Program-made: the position numbers and the translations under genes
Notes under the pieces: generated by a model
What the model was told of the DNA's origin: nothing
Seen by the model: the letters and a program-made list of their open reading frames with translations, nothing else
Databases searched by the model: none
Part shown: piece by piece, positions 45,616-55,381 of the stretch
How the letters are laid out: each line of letters starts with the position of its first letter
Position numbering within the stretch: position 1 is the stretch's first letter
Assembly (NCBI GenBank): GCA_963722605.1
Contig: CAVRNO010000004.1
Span: 410,335 to 474,334 of the forward strand
Origin: Candidatus Binataceae bacterium
GTDB taxonomy: Bacteria; Desulfobacterota; Binatia; Binatales; Binataceae
DNA: 64,000 bases
Direction of reading: 5' to 3'

Positions 45616-46013
45616 TTTCCTCACCTCCTGTAAAAGTTCGCCGTCACCGTGGGAAGAGCAAGGCTGATGCCAAGGACCCGATCGTTCATTTCATTGGATT
45701 ATTTTCGACCGACACAGTGCCTATCATTTGCGATTCGCAAAACATTGGCCGCGAGTCGCGAATACTCCGCCATTTTCATAGACACCGTCGTTCAAGCCGG
45801 CTCATCGATGCTAAGCAGCCGAGCGACTGCATGCAGCGCGATCATGTCGTCAAGATGTCACCTAATTGTTACCAACGTGTTGCGGACGCTGTCGCATCTC
45901 GACACCCCCACGGCGTACGCGACGGCTGAGATCGAGCGACATGTAGCGATGGCTAATGGCCGCGCCGCCCTGGCGCCGCTTTCGTTTGACGGCGTCACCC
46001 GACTCGGTCTTTA

Positions 46014-47432
46014 ATGCCCGTCATGGCTGGAATAGTTTCTTACGGTTCATACGTTCCGTACCGACGCCTCAAGCGCTCCGCGATCGCCGCCGTCCTCGGC
46101 ACGCCTGCCGGCAAGGGCGAGCGCGCAATCGCGAGCTTCGACGAAGACAGCGTATCGATGGCGGTCGAAGCGGTTCGCGACGCGCTGAAAGCTGCGCCGC
46201 CCGGCAACGTGCAGGCGCTCATCTTCGCAACCACGACGCCGCCCTACGCGGAAAAACTCAGCGCCGCGGTGATCGGCGCAGCCGCTTTGCTGCCGGCGGA
46301 AATCCGCGCATCGGATATGACCGGCTCGGTCCGCGCCGGCTTGTCTGCCCTGCTGCAAGGCGCCGATGCGATCGGCGGCGGCGCCAAGCGCGCGCTGGTC
46401 GCCATCGGTGATTGCCGGCTGGCGGCGCCCGAGGGCAAGGCCGAGCAGACGACCGGCGACGGCGCGGTCGCTTTTGTCCTCGGTGCGGAGGGCGTGATCG
46501 CCGAAATCGAGGCGAGCGCCTCGCTCACGCGCGAGTTCCTGGACAGTTGGCGCGCGCAGGGCGAGCGTTTTTCGCATTCGTGGGAAGAGCGCTTCACGCT
46601 GACGCAGGCGCATTCTCCGCTGCTCGGCGCGGTGATCAAGAACGTGCTGGGGAAGGCGAAAGTCGCGCCGGGCGATCTGTCGAAGGTGATCCTCGACGCG
46701 CCCAACGTCCGCGCGGCCGACGAAATCGCGCGTGCGCTCAAGATCGATCCCGCCAAATTCTCCGATTCATTTGCCCTGACGGTCGGACAAACCGGCGCCG
46801 CGCACGCGGGCCTGATGCTCGCGGCCGCGCTGCCCTCCGCTAAGCCGGGCGACAGGATACTGGTCGCGACCGTGGCCGACGGCGCCGATGCGATTCTGTT
46901 CCGCGTCACGCCGGCCAACGCCGGCTTCAAGCCGGTGCATTCCGTCGGCCGGATGATCGAGTCCAAGGGCGACGTGTCTTACGCCAGCTATCTCAAGTGG
47001 CGCGAGATTCTGCCCACCGAGCCGCCGCGCCGCCCGGATCCCGATCGGCCCGCGGGACCCCCGATGATGCGCTCGGAGAAGTGGAAGTTCGGGTTTATCG
47101 GTTCGCGATGCACCAACTGCGGGACTCCGCAGCTTCCGCCGCAGCTGGTCTGCGTGAAATGCCATCAGCGCGGCAAGATGGAACCTTATGGATTCGCCGA
47201 CCGCACCGCGAAAATCGCCACCTACGCCATCGATCGCCTCGCCTATTCCCTCAATCCGCCGACGGTTAACGTCGTGCTCGACTTCGCCGGCGGCGGCCGC
47301 TTCCTGTGCGAGATGACCGACTGCGAACCCGACAAGGTCGCGATTGGCGACGAAGTCGAAATGACGTTTCGCCGGCTCTTTACCGCCGCCGGCGTCAACA
47401 ACTATTTCTGGAAAGCGCGCCCCAAGCGTTAA
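46014..47432 (+). CDS. thiolase-fold HMG-CoA-synthase-like domain fused to DUF35/OB-fold Zn-ribbon domain
   Basis: MPVMAGIVSYGSYVPYRRL… HMGCS-like N-terminus; C-terminal …CTNCGTPQLPPQLVCVKCHQRG… Zn ribbon plus OB fold. Confidence 0.7.
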   Translation: MPVMAGIVSYGSYVPYRRLKRSAIAAVLGTPAGKGERAIASFDEDSVSMAVEAVRDALKAAPPGNVQALIFATTTPPYAEKLSAAVIGAAALLPAEIRASDMTGSVRAGLSALLQGADAIGGGAKRALVAIGDCRLAAPEGKAEQTTGDGAVAFVLGAEGVIAEIEASASLTREFLDSWRAQGERFSHSWEERFTLTQAHSPLLGAVIKNVLGKAKVAPGDLSKVILDAPNVRAADEIARALKIDPAKFSDSFALTVGQTGAAHAGLMLAAALPSAKPGDRILVATVADGADAILFRVTPANAGFKPVHSVGRMIESKGDVSYASYLKWREILPTEPPRRPDPDRPAGPPMMRSEKWKFGFIGSRCTNCGTPQLPPQLVCVKCHQRGKMEPYGFADRTAKIATYAIDRLAYSLNPPTVNVVLDFAGGGRFLCEMTDCEPDKVAIGDEVEMTFRRLFTAAGVNNYFWKARPKR

Positions 47433-47449
47433 GCCCGAGGAGAAAATCA

Positions 47450-48635
47450 ATGGCAAGCAGAGGAATCAAGGACCGCGTCGCGATCATCGGGATGGGATGC
47501 ACCAAGTTCGGCGAGCATTGGGACAAGGGGACCGAAGACCTGCTGGTGGATGCCGCGTACCAGGCCTATGAATCGGCCGGCGTCGAGCCCAAAGACGTCG
47601 ACGCGTACTGGCTCGGCACCATGGGTTCGGGAATCTCGGGGCTTACGCTCTCCGAGCCGCTCAAGATTCAGTACAAGCCGGTCACTCGCGTCGAGAACAT
47701 GTGCGCGACGGGATCCGAGGCGCTGCGGCAGGCGTGCTACGCGGTCGCGTCGGGCGCGTTTGACGTCGCGATGGCGATCGGCGTCGAGAAACTCAAGGAC
47801 TCGGGCTACTCGGGATTGGTGATCAACAATCCGCCCAACGACGGCACCCAGGGCAGCATGACGGCGCCTGCGTCGTTCTCGCTGCTGGCGCCGGCGTATT
47901 TCAAGAAGTACGGACTCGACCCCGACAAGGGCAAGGACGTGCTGACGCGCATCGCGTGGAAGAATCACAAGAACGGCGCGAAAAATCCCAAGGCGCAGTT
48001 CCAGAAGGAAATATCGCTCGAGGCGATCAAGAACTCGCCCAAGATTGCCGACCCGCTCGGAATCATGGATTGCTCGGGCGTGTCCGACGGCTCCGCGGCC
48101 GCGATCGTCGTCCGCGCCGAGGACGCGCACAAGTACTGCAAGAATCCCATCTACATAAAGGCGCTCTCGTTCATCGCCGGGCCGGCGGAAGGACCGCTGT
48201 CGCCCGGACTACGATTTCACGACCTTCACCGAGGTCGTCGCCAGCGCCAAAGACGCGTACGCGCAGGCGGGCATCACCAATCCTCGCGAGCAGATCAGCA
48301 TGGCCGAGGTCCACGATTGCTTCACGCCCACCGAACTCGTGCTCTACGAGGATTTCGGCTTCAGCCCGCGCGGGACCGCATGGCAGGACGTGCTGGACGG
48401 GTTTTTCGACCTCGAGGGCAAGCTGCCGGTCAATCCGGACGGCGGTCTCAAGTCGTTCGGTCATCCGATCGGCGCGTCGGGCCTGCGCATGATGTACGAG
48501 ATGTGGCTGCAGTTGCGCGGCGAGGCGGGACCGCGTCAGATCAAGAATCCGAAAGTCGGACTGACGCACAATTTGGGCGGCGCGCCGGGCCGATGCGTCA
48601 GCTTCGTGTCGGTGGTCGGCAGCCAGGTCGGCTAG
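47450..48635 (+). pseudogene. SCP-x-type thiolase (acetyl-CoA C-acyltransferase), frameshifted near 48201-48206
   Basis: MASRGIKDRVAIIGMGCTKFGEHWDKG… active-site Cys region in frame 2. The C-terminal half …PDYDFTTFTEVVASAKDAYAQAGITNPREQISMAEVHDCFTPTELVLYEDFGF…HPIGASGLRMM… is in frame 0. Removing one C from tcgcccgga joins them. Confidence 0.75.
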
Positions 48636-48690
48636 TCGCGCTGTCATTCTGAGCGCAACGAAGAATCCCGATCCTTACTGAGCGGTTAGA

Positions 48691-48725
48691 ACGGCCGGCA
48701 TAAGCGAATGCCGGCCGTTTTCTTT
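48691..48725 (+). terminator. intrinsic terminator after thiolase gene
   Basis: ACGGCCGGCAT-aagcga-ATGCCGGCCGT then TTTTCTTT. Confidence 0.8.
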
Positions 48726-48736
48726 GCGCGACTAAG

Positions 48737-49030
48737 ATGCAGAACGCCGCTCCACTGGTCAAACGAATAGCTACGGTCGTAGCCGTGTTACTATGTATTT
48801 TTTATGCGGGCGAATTTATCTCAGTTAAGTATAGAATTCCCGCAAGCCGCGAGCCTTTCGCAACCGTGCAGATCAATAAGTATTACGCGGTGCCTCAGAA
48901 AAACGGCAAGACCGAGTTCGAGCCCGGTGAGCCTGAGACTCAGACCTGTGTCAACTCGATATTCCCGCACCTGGGTTACAGTCCGTGCTGGTACGTCCGA
49001 CGGCACAAGAACCAGCAAATAAATCTCTGA
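48737..49030 (+). CDS. hypothetical exported/membrane protein in low-GC segment
   Basis: MQNAAPLVKRIATVVAVLLCIFYAGEF… 97 aa, AT-richer than its surroundings; weak support. Confidence 0.3.
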   Translation: MQNAAPLVKRIATVVAVLLCIFYAGEFISVKYRIPASREPFATVQINKYYAVPQKNGKTEFEPGEPETQTCVNSIFPHLGYSPCWYVRRHKNQQINL

Positions 49031-49401
49031 CGGTCGCGCGCCGCCCTCGGTTTGATTGCCTGGATAGGAGGAGCAGCGACGACATAGTTCACCGCCAGAA
49101 TGAACCTCACCGCGGGCGTGTTTCGTTACGGCCGTTCTTCTCGTGCCGGACCGTTCGTGCCGTCAGGGCTATCCAGTGTGATCGAGCCACTTTTGAATCA
49201 TTTCTTGCGCTTCGGGCTTCTTCACGTCGCGAAAAAACTCGTCGCCGTCGAACGCAGGAAACGAGCCCATGAGACAACGCTGATCGGCGCATCGTTGAGG
49301 CTCGGAATTTCAATGAAATTTGCACTGGAAAGCACGATGCATTTTGAAATCTCATGGGATTGCAGAATGCAAAAAACCTTGTAGTATCGGGTTTTCCGGT
49401 T

Positions 49402-49417
49402 TGGCACGCGCGGTGCT
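49402..49417 (+). promoter_or_regulatory. sigma-54 (-24/-12) promoter upstream of kdpF-kdpABC
   Basis: TGGCACGcgcgGTGCT; -24 element perfect, -12 GC conserved with correct spacing. Confidence 0.5.
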
Positions 49418-49622
49418 GATAACCTTGTCGCTCAATTGCGATGCGAGGGAGAGGTCTCAATGAAACACACCGTAGCAGCGACGATGCGCCATGTGTTTGC
49501 GGTCAAAGCACTGGACGCATCGGACGGCCACGCTCCCTGGTTGCCCCAGGAACACTCTCGTCGTTCCGAACTCCCGGCTCACTAAGAGACCGCACTGAAC
49601 TTTACCAGGTGGGGAAGCCATT

Positions 49623-49706
49623 ATGTGGGACTTGATTTCGATTCTCGGCAGCATCGCATTTTTTGCGATTGCAATCGCCTACGTTTGGGGGTGCGACTAC
49701 TTATGA
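49623..49706 (+). CDS. 27-aa hydrophobic peptide upstream of and overlapping kdpF
   Basis: MWDLISILGSIAFFAIAIAYVWGCDYL; ATGA overlap with the kdpF start. Confidence 0.35.
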   Translation: MWDLISILGSIAFFAIAIAYVWGCDYL

Positions 49707-49795
49707 GTCCGGTTGAAACCGTGTTCGGCGGGATATGCGCTGTCTTGCTGGGTGCTTACTTGATTTACGCATTGATCCGTCCCGAAAAATTCTGA
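49703..49795 (+). CDS. kdpF: K+-transporting ATPase subunit F
   Basis: MSPVETVFGGICAVLLGAYLIYALIRPEKF, matching the KdpF motif L(L/G)xYLxYAL(I/L)xPE(K/R)F; below ORF-track cut-off. Confidence 0.7.
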   Translation: MSPVETVFGGICAVLLGAYLIYALIRPEKF

Positions 49796-49820
49796 ACCGC
49801 ACTAGCCGGTACATACCTAC

Positions 49821-51548
49821 ATGCTATCCAATTCGGTAGTTCAGCTCGTTGGTTACTTCCTGCTTGTCACGGCGATCAGCGTGCCGTTGGGCCTGTACAT
49901 GGCGCGCGTGTTCTCGAATGAGCGCACCTTTCTGGACCCGGTGCTCTTGCCGATCGAGAGATTGATTTACAGGATCTGCGGGATAAGCCCCGGCGTCGAG
50001 ATGGGCTGGGCGGGATATACGGTCTCGATGCTCGCGTTCAGCCTGGTCTCGATGGTTTTTCTGTACGCGCTGCAGCGGCTCCAGTACTACCTGCCGCTGA
50101 ATCCGCAGGGACTCGCCGGAGTGCCGCCGGGACTCGCCTTTAACACCGCGGCGAGCTTCACGACCAATACCAACTGGCAAGCATACTCGGGCGAGCAGAC
50201 GCTGAGTTATCTGACGCAGATGGTCGGGCTCACCTCGCACAACTTTCTCTCGGCGGCGGCCGGAATCGCGATGGCGGCGGCGGTGATTCGCGGATTCGCG
50301 CGCCGCAGCGCAAAGACGATCGGTAACTTCTGGGTCGATCTCACGCGCACGACGCTGTGGGTGCTGATTCCCATTTCTTTGATCTTTGCACTGGTTCTGG
50401 TTTGGCAGGGCGTGCCGGACAACTTCAGTCCGTACGTAAACGCGACGACGGTGGAGGGCGCTTCGCAAACGATCGCGCAAGGACCGGTGGCGTCCCAGGA
50501 AATAATCAAGGAGCTGGGCACCAACGGCGGCGGCTTCATGAACGCCAACTCGGCGCATCCCTACGAGAATCCGACGCCGCTGACCAACCTGATCGAGATG
50601 CTCGCGATCTTCTCGATCGGCGCGGGCCTGACCCACACCTTCGGCAAGATGGTCGGTGACCGGCGCCAGGGATGGGCGCTGTTCGCGGTGATGGCGATTC
50701 TGTTTTTGGGCGGCGCGACCACAGCCATCTGGGCCGAGCAGGGCGGCAATCCGCAATTCAGCGCGATTGGAATCGATCAGCATGCCTCCGCAACGCAAAG
50801 CGGCGGCAACATGGAGGGCAAGGAAGTCCGCTTCGGAATCGTCGATTCCGCGCTGTGGGCGACCGTAACCACCGACACCTCGTGCGGCGCGGTCAACTCG
50901 ATGCACGACAGCTACACGCCGCTTGGCGGGCTGGTGCCGATGGTTGACATGCAGCTCGGCGAGGTGATCTTCGGCGGCGTCGGCTCGGGTCTTTACGGAA
51001 TCATCGTGATGGCGGTGCTGGCGGTGTTCATCGCGGGCCTGATGGTAGGCCGGACGCCCGAGTACCTGGGCAAGAAAATCGAAGCGCGGGAAATGAAGCT
51101 CGCGATGCTCTACGTGCTCATCTTCCCCGCCGTCATTCTGATACCGACTGCGCTCGCGACCGTGTTGCCCGCCGGCCTGTCGGGCATTTCCAATCCGGGG
51201 CCTCACGGCTTCTCGCAAATCCTGTACGCGTACACGGAAGCGGGCGCGAACAACGGCTCCGCGTTCGCCGGGCTTAGCGCGAACACGCCCTTCTACAACG
51301 TGTCAATCGCGATCGTGATGCTGCTCGGCAGGTTCATGATGGCGATCCCGGCGCTTGCGATCGCGGGCTCGGTCGCGGCCAAGAAAACCACCGCCGTCAG
51401 CGCCGGCACTTTCCCGACCGACGGCGTCCCGTTCGTGTTCCTGTTGATTGGCGTAATCGTGATCGTCGGCGCGTTGACGTTCTTCTGCGCCGTCGCACTC
51501 GGACCGATCGTCGAGCAACTGCTGATGATGGCCGGGAAACTCTTCTAG
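49821..51548 (+). CDS. kdpA: K+-transporting ATPase subunit A
   Basis: 575 aa, …[15 protein letters not shown]…, …[18 protein letters not shown]… selectivity-filter regions. Confidence 0.95.
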   Translation: MLSNSVVQLVGYFLLVTAISVPLGLYMARVFSNERTFLDPVLLPIERLIYRICGISPGVEMGWAGYTVSMLAFSLVSMVFLYALQRLQYYLPLNPQGLAGVPPGLAFNTAASFTTNTNWQAYSGEQTLSYLTQMVGLTSHNFLSAAAGIAMAAAVIRGFARRSAKTIGNFWVDLTRTTLWVLIPISLIFALVLVWQGVPDNFSPYVNATTVEGASQTIAQGPVASQEIIKELGTNGGGFMNANSAHPYENPTPLTNLIEMLAIFSIGAGLTHTFGKMVGDRRQGWALFAVMAILFLGGATTAIWAEQGGNPQFSAIGIDQHASATQSGGNMEGKEVRFGIVDSALWATVTTDTSCGAVNSMHDSYTPLGGLVPMVDMQLGEVIFGGVGSGLYGIIVMAVLAVFIAGLMVGRTPEYLGKKIEAREMKLAMLYVLIFPAVILIPTALATVLPAGLSGISNPGPHGFSQILYAYTEAGANNGSAFAGLSANTPFYNVSIAIVMLLGRFMMAIPALAIAGSVAAKKTTAVSAGTFPTDGVPFVFLLIGVIVIVGALTFFCAVALGPIVEQLLMMAGKLF

Positions 51549-51564
51549 GCATGGTGTCCCAAGC

Positions 51565-53607
51565 ATGAGTGATCGCAAGGCTCCCGCACTCTGGAATCGC
51601 GAAATCGTCTCGCGCGCGTCGATCGAATCGTTCGTCAAGCTCGACCCGCGCCTGATGATCAGGAATCCGGTGATGTTCGTGGTCGAAGTCACCAGCGTGA
51701 TGGTGATGTTCACCCTGTTTCGCGACTTGCTGGCTCATCGGATGGCGCTGGCCGGATTCGAATTTCAAATCGCGCTGTGGCTGTGGTTCACCGTGCTCTT
51801 CGCAAATTTCGCGGAGGCAATGGCGGAAGGCCGCGGCAAGGCGCAGGCCGACAACCTGCGCAAGACCCGCACCGAAACCCAGGCCAAATTGGTCATCGAA
51901 GGCGGCAAGACGAATCTCGTGCCGGCCGCACAACTCCGGCGCGGCGACATCGTAATGGTCGCGGCCGGCGACGTCATTCCCGGCGACGGCGAAGTTATCG
52001 AGGGCATCGCCGCGGTTAACGAGGCCGCCATCACCGGCGAATCGGCGCCGGTGATTCGTGAAAGCGGCGGCGATCGCAGCGGCGTCACCGGCGGAACCAC
52101 GGTGATTTCCGACTGGATCAAGGTGAAGATCACCGCCAACCCGGGCGAGACCTTCCTGGACCGCATGATCGCGCTGGTCGAAGGCGCGCAGCGTCAGAAA
52201 ACACCCAACGAGATCGCGCTCAGCATTCTGCTGTCCGGCCTCACCATCGTTTTCCTGCTCGTGGTCGTTACCCTCTACCCGTTCGGGCTGTATGGCGGCA
52301 CGCGGCTGGCGCTGCCGGTGCTGGTGGCGCTGCTGGTATGCCTGATTCCGACGACCATCGGCGGATTGCTCTCGGCGATCGGTATCGCGGGGATGGATCG
52401 CCTGGTGCAGCACAACGTGCTCGCGATGTCGGGCCGCTCGGTTGAAGCGGCCGGCGACGTCGATACCCTGCTGCTCGACAAGACCGGAACCATCACGCTG
52501 GGAAACCGGATGGCGGCGGAGTTCATCCCGGTGGATGGCGTGGACGAGGGCGAACTGGCCGAGGCCGCACAACTCGCGTCGCTGGCCGACGAGACTCCCG
52601 AAGGACGCTCGATCGTCGTGCTGGCCAAACGCAAATACAACCTGCGCGGGCGCGAACTCGGCGAGGACGGCGCCACCTTCATCCCGTTTTCCGCGCAGAC
52701 CAGGATGAGCGGCGTTGACTTCCACGGGCGTCGAATCCGCAAGGGCGCTGCCGAACAGATCGTACGTTTCGTCCAGGACAATCGCGGCACGCCGCCTGCC
52801 GACTTAAAAGCGATCGTCGAGCGCATCGCGCGCGGCGGCGGAACTCCGCTGGTGGTCGCCGACGAGGCCAAGGCGCTTGGCGTGATTCATCTGAAGGACA
52901 TGGTCAAGGAAGGAATCCGCGAGCGCTTCGAGCGGCTGCGCGCGATGGGTCTGCGCACGGTCATGATTACCGGCGACAACCCGCTGACCGCGGCCGCGAT
53001 AGCCAAAGAATCGGGGGTGGACGACTTCCTGGCCGAGGCCACTCCCGAAACCAAGCTGCGGCTGATTCGCGAGGAGCAGAACCAGGGCAAGCTGGTGGCC
53101 ATGATCGGCGACGGCACCAACGACGCACCCGCGCTCGCGCAGGCGGACGTCGGGATCGCGATGAACGCCGGCACCCAGGCTGCGCGCGAGGCCGGCAACA
53201 TGATCGACCTCGACTCGAATCCGACCAAGGTGATGGAAGTCGTCGAGATCGGCAAGCAACTGCTGATGACCCGCGGCGCCTTGACCACGTTCTCGATCGC
53301 CAACGACGTCGCCAAGTACTTCGCGATCATCCCGGCGCTGTTCATCGTGGAATATCCGGAGCTCCAGCGGCTCAACGTGATGCATCTGGCGACGCCGCAG
53401 AGCGCGATTCTGTCCGCGGTAATTTTCAACGCGCTGATCATAGTCGCGCTGATACCGCTGGCGCTGCGCGGCGTGCGCTACCGTCCGGTGGGCGCGGCCG
53501 CGATTCTGACCCGCAATCTTTTTATCTACGGCGTCGGTGGCGTGATTATTCCGTTCATCTTTATCAAGGCGATTGACATTATCGTGGCGGCGCTCCATCT
53601 CGCCTGA
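51565..53607 (+). CDS. kdpB: K+-transporting P-type ATPase subunit B
   Basis: 680 aa, DKTGTIT phosphorylation motif, …[21 protein letters not shown]… hinge. Confidence 0.95.
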   Translation: MSDRKAPALWNREIVSRASIESFVKLDPRLMIRNPVMFVVEVTSVMVMFTLFRDLLAHRMALAGFEFQIALWLWFTVLFANFAEAMAEGRGKAQADNLRKTRTETQAKLVIEGGKTNLVPAAQLRRGDIVMVAAGDVIPGDGEVIEGIAAVNEAAITGESAPVIRESGGDRSGVTGGTTVISDWIKVKITANPGETFLDRMIALVEGAQRQKTPNEIALSILLSGLTIVFLLVVVTLYPFGLYGGTRLALPVLVALLVCLIPTTIGGLLSAIGIAGMDRLVQHNVLAMSGRSVEAAGDVDTLLLDKTGTITLGNRMAAEFIPVDGVDEGELAEAAQLASLADETPEGRSIVVLAKRKYNLRGRELGEDGATFIPFSAQTRMSGVDFHGRRIRKGAAEQIVRFVQDNRGTPPADLKAIVERIARGGGTPLVVADEAKALGVIHLKDMVKEGIRERFERLRAMGLRTVMITGDNPLTAAAIAKESGVDDFLAEATPETKLRLIREEQNQGKLVAMIGDGTNDAPALAQADVGIAMNAGTQAAREAGNMIDLDSNPTKVMEVVEIGKQLLMTRGALTTFSIANDVAKYFAIIPALFIVEYPELQRLNVMHLATPQSAILSAVIFNALIIVALIPLALRGVRYRPVGAAAILTRNLFIYGVGGVIIPFIFIKAIDIIVAALHLA

Positions 53608-53617
53608 GGAAAATTCC

Positions 53618-54220
53618 GTGCGAACATTCATATCGGCACTGGTTGTAACTGCCCTGCTCACCGTGATTACCGGCATCGTCTATCCGCTGGCAGTATGGGG
53701 CATCGCGCAGGCGATTTTCCCGGCCCAGGCGGGTGGCAGCCTGGTCGTCGCGGGCAACAAGGTCGCCGGCTCGAGCCTGATCGGGCAGAATTTTTCCTCG
53801 CCCCGCTATTTTCAGAGCCGGCCTTCCGCCGCCGGTGACAAGGGCTACGACGCCGCCAACTCCAGCGGCTCGAATCTCGGGCCGACCAACAAGGCGCTGA
53901 TCGACGCGGTCAAGCTGCGGCTGAAGAACTTCATCGAGAGCAATCCGGCCGCCGATCCGCGCCAGGTTCCGGTGGACCTGGTGACCGCTTCAGGCAGCGG
54001 CCTCGATCCCGAGATAAGTCCGGCCGCCGCCGGCCTGCAGGTGGCACGTGTTGCCCACGCGCGCGGCATAAGCGAAGATCAGGTGCGGCAGTTGATAGCC
54101 GAGAACACGCGGCCGCGATTTGCGGGAATCTTCGGCGAGCCCGGGGTAAACGTGCTGCTGTTGAACCTCGCCCTGGATCGCGCCGCGGGAAGTCATGGCG
54201 GAACAACTCCCGGGACTTGA
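53618..54220 (+). CDS. kdpC: K+-transporting ATPase subunit C
   Basis: GTG start after GAGGA RBS (VRTFISALVVTALLTVITGIVYPLAVWGIAQAIFPAQAGGSLV…); the ORF track extends to 53573. Confidence 0.85.
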   Translation: MRTFISALVVTALLTVITGIVYPLAVWGIAQAIFPAQAGGSLVVAGNKVAGSSLIGQNFSSPRYFQSRPSAAGDKGYDAANSSGSNLGPTNKALIDAVKLRLKNFIESNPAADPRQVPVDLVTASGSGLDPEISPAAAGLQVARVAHARGISEDQVRQLIAENTRPRFAGIFGEPGVNVLLLNLALDRAAGSHGGTTPGT

Positions 54221-55381
54221 ATGAGCGATGATAAACGACTTGAGCCCGAAGCTTATCTCGGTCTGGTGCCCCAAACTCAACGGGGACAGCTCAAAGTCTA
54301 TATCGGTGCGGCCGCCGGCGTAGGCAAAACCTACCGGATGCTCGAGGAGGCGCATCAACTCCGCGCTCGGGGAGTGGATGTGGTGCTTGGCCTGGTTGAA
54401 ACCCATAACCGCCGCGAGACCGAGGAACGGATCGGCAACCTCGAGGCCGTTCCGCGCCGCAAGATTTCGTACCGCGAAGTCACCCTCGAAGAGATGGACG
54501 TCGATGCGATCATCGCGCGCAAGCCCGAGTTCGTAATCGTTGACGAGCTTGCCCACACCAACGCCCCCGGCTCGCACCACGAAAAGCGCTACCAGGACGT
54601 CGAGCAGATCCTGGCCACCGGCATCAACGTGATTACCGCCATGAACATCCAGCACGTCGAAAGCCTCAACGCGCTGCTGCGCCGCATCACCGGCATCGAC
54701 GTGCGCGAGACGGTGCCCGATTCGATCCTGGCGCGGGCCGATCAGATCGTAAACATCGATGTGCCCGTGGAAGCGCTGCGCGAACGGCTGCGCGAGGGGA
54801 AGATTTACCCGCAAGCGCAGATCGAGCACGCGCTCAAGAATTTTTTCAAGCCGAGCAACCTTTCTTCGCTTCGTGAACTGGCGCTGCAAGAGGTCGCGCG
54901 CAGTCTGGACCGCCAGCGCCTCGACCGCGAGGCGCTCAAGCGCGAGGGCGGCCGCCACGCAAACGTGATCGAGCGCATCATGGTCGGAATCTCGTCCAAC
55001 GCCGCCGACACCGGACAGCTGCTGCGCAAGGCCTCGCGCATCGCCGGGCAGCTCAACGCGGAATGGTTCGCCGTGCACATCGAGACCCCGGCCGAGTCGG
55101 TGAAAAATATCGGCACCAGTGATTTCGTCGCGCTGCTCAACAACATCAATGTCGCCAGCGACCTCGGCGCGGAAACCGTGTGGCTCAAGTCCGACGACGT
55201 GGTCAAGGCGTTGATCGACTTCGCCCACGACAAGGGCGTGACCAAGCTGATCATCGGCCGGACCCATCAGCCGCGATGGCGCCGGTGGCTGAAGGGCGAC
55301 GTGCCGGCGCGGCTGGTTGAGGACGCACGCGACCTGGACGTGGAAATAGTCGCGACCGAGGAACGGGAGGAATCGCAATGA
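54221..55381 (+). CDS. kdpD: KdpD N-terminal sensor domain protein (KdpD plus Usp domains, no kinase core)
   Basis: …LKVYIGAAAGVGKTYRMLEEAHQL… Walker-like KdpD domain, then a USP-like domain …RIMVGISSNAADTGQLLRKASRIAG…; 386 aa, no TM/HisKA. Confidence 0.85.
   Translation: MSDDKRLEPEAYLGLVPQTQRGQLKVYIGAAAGVGKTYRMLEEAHQLRARGVDVVLGLVETHNRRETEERIGNLEAVPRRKISYREVTLEEMDVDAIIARKPEFVIVDELAHTNAPGSHHEKRYQDVEQILATGINVITAMNIQHVESLNALLRRITGIDVRETVPDSILARADQIVNIDVPVEALRERLREGKIYPQAQIEHALKNFFKPSNLSSLRELALQEVARSLDRQRLDREALKREGGRHANVIERIMVGISSNAADTGQLLRKASRIAGQLNAEWFAVHIETPAESVKNIGTSDFVALLNNINVASDLGAETVWLKSDDVVKALIDFAHDKGVTKLIIGRTHQPRWRRWLKGDVPARLVEDARDLDVEIVATEEREESQ

Noticed and set aside
44935-45633. 232-aa plus ORF spanning the small-peptide region
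   Set aside because: No motifs, crosses two well-supported minus-strand small genes with strong RBSs. Likely spurious.
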